Source: an uncultured bacterium
GTDB taxonomy: Bacteria; JAGOEH01
Direction: 5' to 3'
NCBI GenBank assembly: GCA_964632485.1
Contig: CAZWDO010000018.1
Span: 61,415 to 81,414 of the forward strand
DNA: 20,000 bases
Within the stretch, counting starts at the first letter, position 1. Each line of letters opens with the position of its first letter. A model generated the notes under the pieces. That model had not been told where the DNA came from. It was given only the letters and a program-made list of their open reading frames with translations, and did no database searches. Made by a program: the position numbers and the translations under genes. Shown here one piece after another: positions 17,316-20,000 of this stretch.

Positions 17316-18302
17316 AGCAGAGTAACTTCAAAGAAGTTGTTTTAAAAGAGGTGTTTAAAAAGAGCCTTCATAAAATTAACCGTACCGATCCAGGCAAAGA
17401 GTGGCTCACCAAAAAGCAATTGGAAGAACTCTATACAGAGATTTCTGAGGGTACGGGCGATCGGCCGGTCGCCAGTAAAAGTCTGCACGAAGCCAATAAG
17501 GCCATATTTAATCTTCTGCTAAAAAATACCACTGTTGACCGCAATGAGCTGACCGCTGAACAGTCCCCGGTAGTACGCTTTATTGATTTTGACAATTGGG
17601 ATAACAATTCATTTATCGCCATAAACCAGTTTCGTATCCAAACACCGGGCGGTTGGAAAAACTCTTAAGCGTTTAAGAAAAGGAAATTCAAGCCGTGAGC
17701 GATCCGGTGTGGTCTGGCATGCACAAGGTACGGTAAGTCTTTAACCATGGTTTTTCTGGTTCGTAAAATCAGAAGTCAGGAAGATTTGAAAGACCACAAA
17801 ATTATCATGGTAAACGACCGTACCAACCTTGAAGACCAATTGACCGTTACTGCGACACTAACGGGTTAAACAGTAACCGTTATCGATAAAAGAAAGAACC
17901 TGCGCCCACTGTTGTCAGATGATTCGTCAAACCTGAATATGGTGATGATACATAAATTTCTTGAAGAGGAAATCAAGCACTCAAAAGCTCTGATGAAAGC
18001 GTATGTTGAAGAAGGAGAAGTACCGGAGTTCAAACCATTTGAAGTTGTCATCACCTCACCGGATACTGATGCTCATTGACGAGGCTCACCGCACCCGGGG
18101 CGGTGATATGGGAGACAATTTATTTACAGCCTTCCCCAATGCCTCTAAAGTTGCTTTTACCGGAACCCCGCTATTAACCCAGCGGCATAAAATTAAAACC
18201 CACGAACGATTTGGAAGCATCTCAGAATGGATTGATAAATACCAGATTAAACAGTCGGTTAAAGAATTGACAATAAACCGTTTAAAGGAAAGTGAATTAT
18301 GA
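17315..18302 (+). pseudogene. hsdR: Type I restriction endonuclease subunit R remnant (internally deleted, frameshifted, truncated)
   Basis: N-domain piece NFKEVVLKE...VRFIDFDNWDNNSFIAINQFRI; helicase piece ERSGVVWHAQG/GKSLTM with a frameshift at about 17730; VNDRTNLEDQL; in-frame TAA 17867-17869; second frameshift near 18058; IDEAHR (DEAH at 18078-18089); AFTGTP; no motifs IV-VI. Confidence 0.88.
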
Positions 18303-19996
18303 AACGATTATTACCGAAAAACAGCGAAAACGATTTTTCAAGGTTAATTTTCGCCTTTATCCTCTATCAATTGATTTTACATAGCTACTTTTTATTTGTG
18401 GCTAAAGACCCCAAATTGTTATTTCCAGAACTAATTGCTTTCCTTCATGATATAGCTTTGTTAGGGCTTCTAAGTGGCATGTTTCAACTGACAATTGATA
18501 TTATTTCCGACAAGTACAGAATTTATTTAAATAAGATGTTTTCAATTATCATTATTTTTGGTGGTACATTTTTAGCATCATATCCTAAATTATTGCGAGA
18601 ATACTTAGTTTTTCCAGTAAACATTTTTGAATCGGATATAAGCGCCGCTCAAACATTGATTTCTGATTATTTGGGAATAAAAGCCTTGATTCCATCTGTA
18701 ATAGCTGTTGTTATTGGGATATTGGTTTACTCTTCTAAACTTCAAATTAGTGTTTCGAGAAGATTTAAAATCATTTTTGCAGTTTTAAGCATATTTATTT
18801 TAGTATTTACATTGCATCAACCATCACCCCATCCAATCTTATATAGTATTCAAAGAAGTACAGAAGCCATTTTAAGCGGGAAGAAACGTGTTGTACCATC
18901 TTTAAACCGTAATCAAAGCAAAACAGTTGTTGCAAAAAAAATTGAGACTATTAAATTTCCGCAAAATAATCGCTTAAAATATTCAAAAATATTACTCATA
19001 GTTCTGGAAGGTCAAACAGCATCTTCGTTTGAGGAAGGTTTTTTTACTATAAAAGATGGTTTCTATCAACAGAATAAAGCGCATTCTGTCTATTATTCAA
19101 ATTATTTTACCAGTAACCTTGATTCATATACCAGTCTAATTTCAATGGTCACTTCTATTCAGGTTCCTTATAGAGCTTATGCGGACGAAAGTTTATATGA
19201 GAAAGTTAACTCTGCCCCAAGCATTACTGAGGATTTCAAAAACCGAGGCTTTTATAATGTATTTATCAGTTGCTATGAGTATCAACCCTTTGTTCCCACT
19301 CGAAACTATTGGGACAAGATATTAGAAAGAAAAGACATACAAGGCGTAGATCAATGGCTTTCACTTGGTTCAAGTAAAATGGAAATGGCAACAGAAGATA
19401 AGGCGGCTTTATCAACCATGATTGAAATACTAACGAAAAACGAAAAGAGCTTTTTACTTCACGAAATGGTTTACGGACACTCGCCTGAATGGATTGCAAC
19501 AACTGGAAAAAGTCAGAACGAGTATCATAATGAGTATTTGCTTGATTTGTCGAACAAATTGAAAGAGGAAAATATTTGGGATAAAACATTACTTGTGGTA
19601 GTGTCTGACCATGGTGACAGGGCCAAATCAACAGAGTTGGAGAATTATCGCGCGCCTTTATTATTTATCGGGCAGCAAATCGACTCAATAACCCAGATTA
19701 ATTACTTTTTAACTCACACCGAACTTTCTCAATTGATTTATTATTATACGTTAAATGATACCTTTCCTGAATCTCGCCAGGAGATTTTCTTAGTTGGCTC
19801 AACTGAAAAATGGGTCTATGGAAAGGCCTTAAGTACTAAAGAGAATATCTTTATTGATGATGCAAGGGGTGTCGAACTTTTTAAAAATGGAAGTTTAAAA
19901 GCCATAGATGTTCAATCCGAATTTCAAGCATATCTGAATTCATTCAACATAGATTTTCACGGAAATATAAAGAGCGTAGTATCAGGAGTGGGATAG
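18299..19996 (+). CDS. Membrane-anchored sulfatase-like / LTA synthase (alkaline phosphatase superfamily) protein
   Basis: 565 aa; about 5 N-terminal TM helices, then a soluble domain with ILLIVLEG, NLDSYTSL (candidate Ser/Thr nucleophile), YGHSP and VVVSDHGD metal-binding motifs; visibly AT-rich. Confidence 0.8.
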   Translation: MKRLLPKNSENDFSRLIFAFILYQLILHSYFLFVAKDPKLLFPELIAFLHDIALLGLLSGMFQLTIDIISDKYRIYLNKMFSIIIIFGGTFLASYPKLLREYLVFPVNIFESDISAAQTLISDYLGIKALIPSVIAVVIGILVYSSKLQISVSRRFKIIFAVLSIFILVFTLHQPSPHPILYSIQRSTEAILSGKKRVVPSLNRNQSKTVVAKKIETIKFPQNNRLKYSKILLIVLEGQTASSFEEGFFTIKDGFYQQNKAHSVYYSNYFTSNLDSYTSLISMVTSIQVPYRAYADESLYEKVNSAPSITEDFKNRGFYNVFISCYEYQPFVPTRNYWDKILERKDIQGVDQWLSLGSSKMEMATEDKAALSTMIEILTKNEKSFLLHEMVYGHSPEWIATTGKSQNEYHNEYLLDLSNKLKEENIWDKTLLVVVSDHGDRAKSTELENYRAPLLFIGQQIDSITQINYFLTHTELSQLIYYYTLNDTFPESRQEIFLVGSTEKWVYGKALSTKENIFIDDARGVELFKNGSLKAIDVQSEFQAYLNSFNIDFHGNIKSVVSGVG

Positions 19997-20000
19997 GCCA

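Noticed and set aside
16932-17331. Minus-strand ORFs of 89 and 92 aa
   Set aside because: Antisense to the promoter and hsdM/hsdS remnants; no recognisable motifs.
1-20000. CRISPR arrays, tRNA/rRNA genes, riboswitches, transposases or integrases
   Set aside because: No regularly spaced repeats, cloverleaf, recognisable purine/Moco riboswitch or recombinase motifs seen by eye; a covariance-model scan would be needed to exclude small RNAs.

Overview
Bacterial chromosomal window, probably from a diderm FCB-group lineage outside Bacteroidota (inference: it has T9SS-type genes but also strong Shine-Dalgarno sites and TTGACA/TATAAT promoters). Left to right: (1) the 3' end of a protein with a T9SS type-B (gliding-motility/CHU_C) C-terminal domain, followed by a PorP/SprF-like beta-barrel fused to OmpA-like domains and split by a +1 frameshift in a G6 run; (2) a REP/dRS3-like double-hairpin element between convergent genes; (3) a minus-strand tetR-tolC-MFP-RND efflux operon with promoter and palindromic operator, whose RND pump lacks the TM4 proton-relay aspartates; (4) a secreted CBM48+GH13 alpha-amylase; (5) a translationally coupled xanthine dehydrogenase operon (membrane protein-xdhA-xdhB-Mpv17/PMP22-like gene-xdhC); (6) a perfect sigma70 promoter followed by a type I restriction-modification locus collapsed to about 1.2 kb of hsdM/hsdS/hsdR fragments; (7) a low-GC membrane-anchored sulfatase/LTA-synthase-family gene. 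The most notable item is the bacterial Mpv17/PXMP2-like gene inside the purine-oxidation operon, a candidate purine/urate channel. All family calls come from motif recognition by eye; no searches were run.
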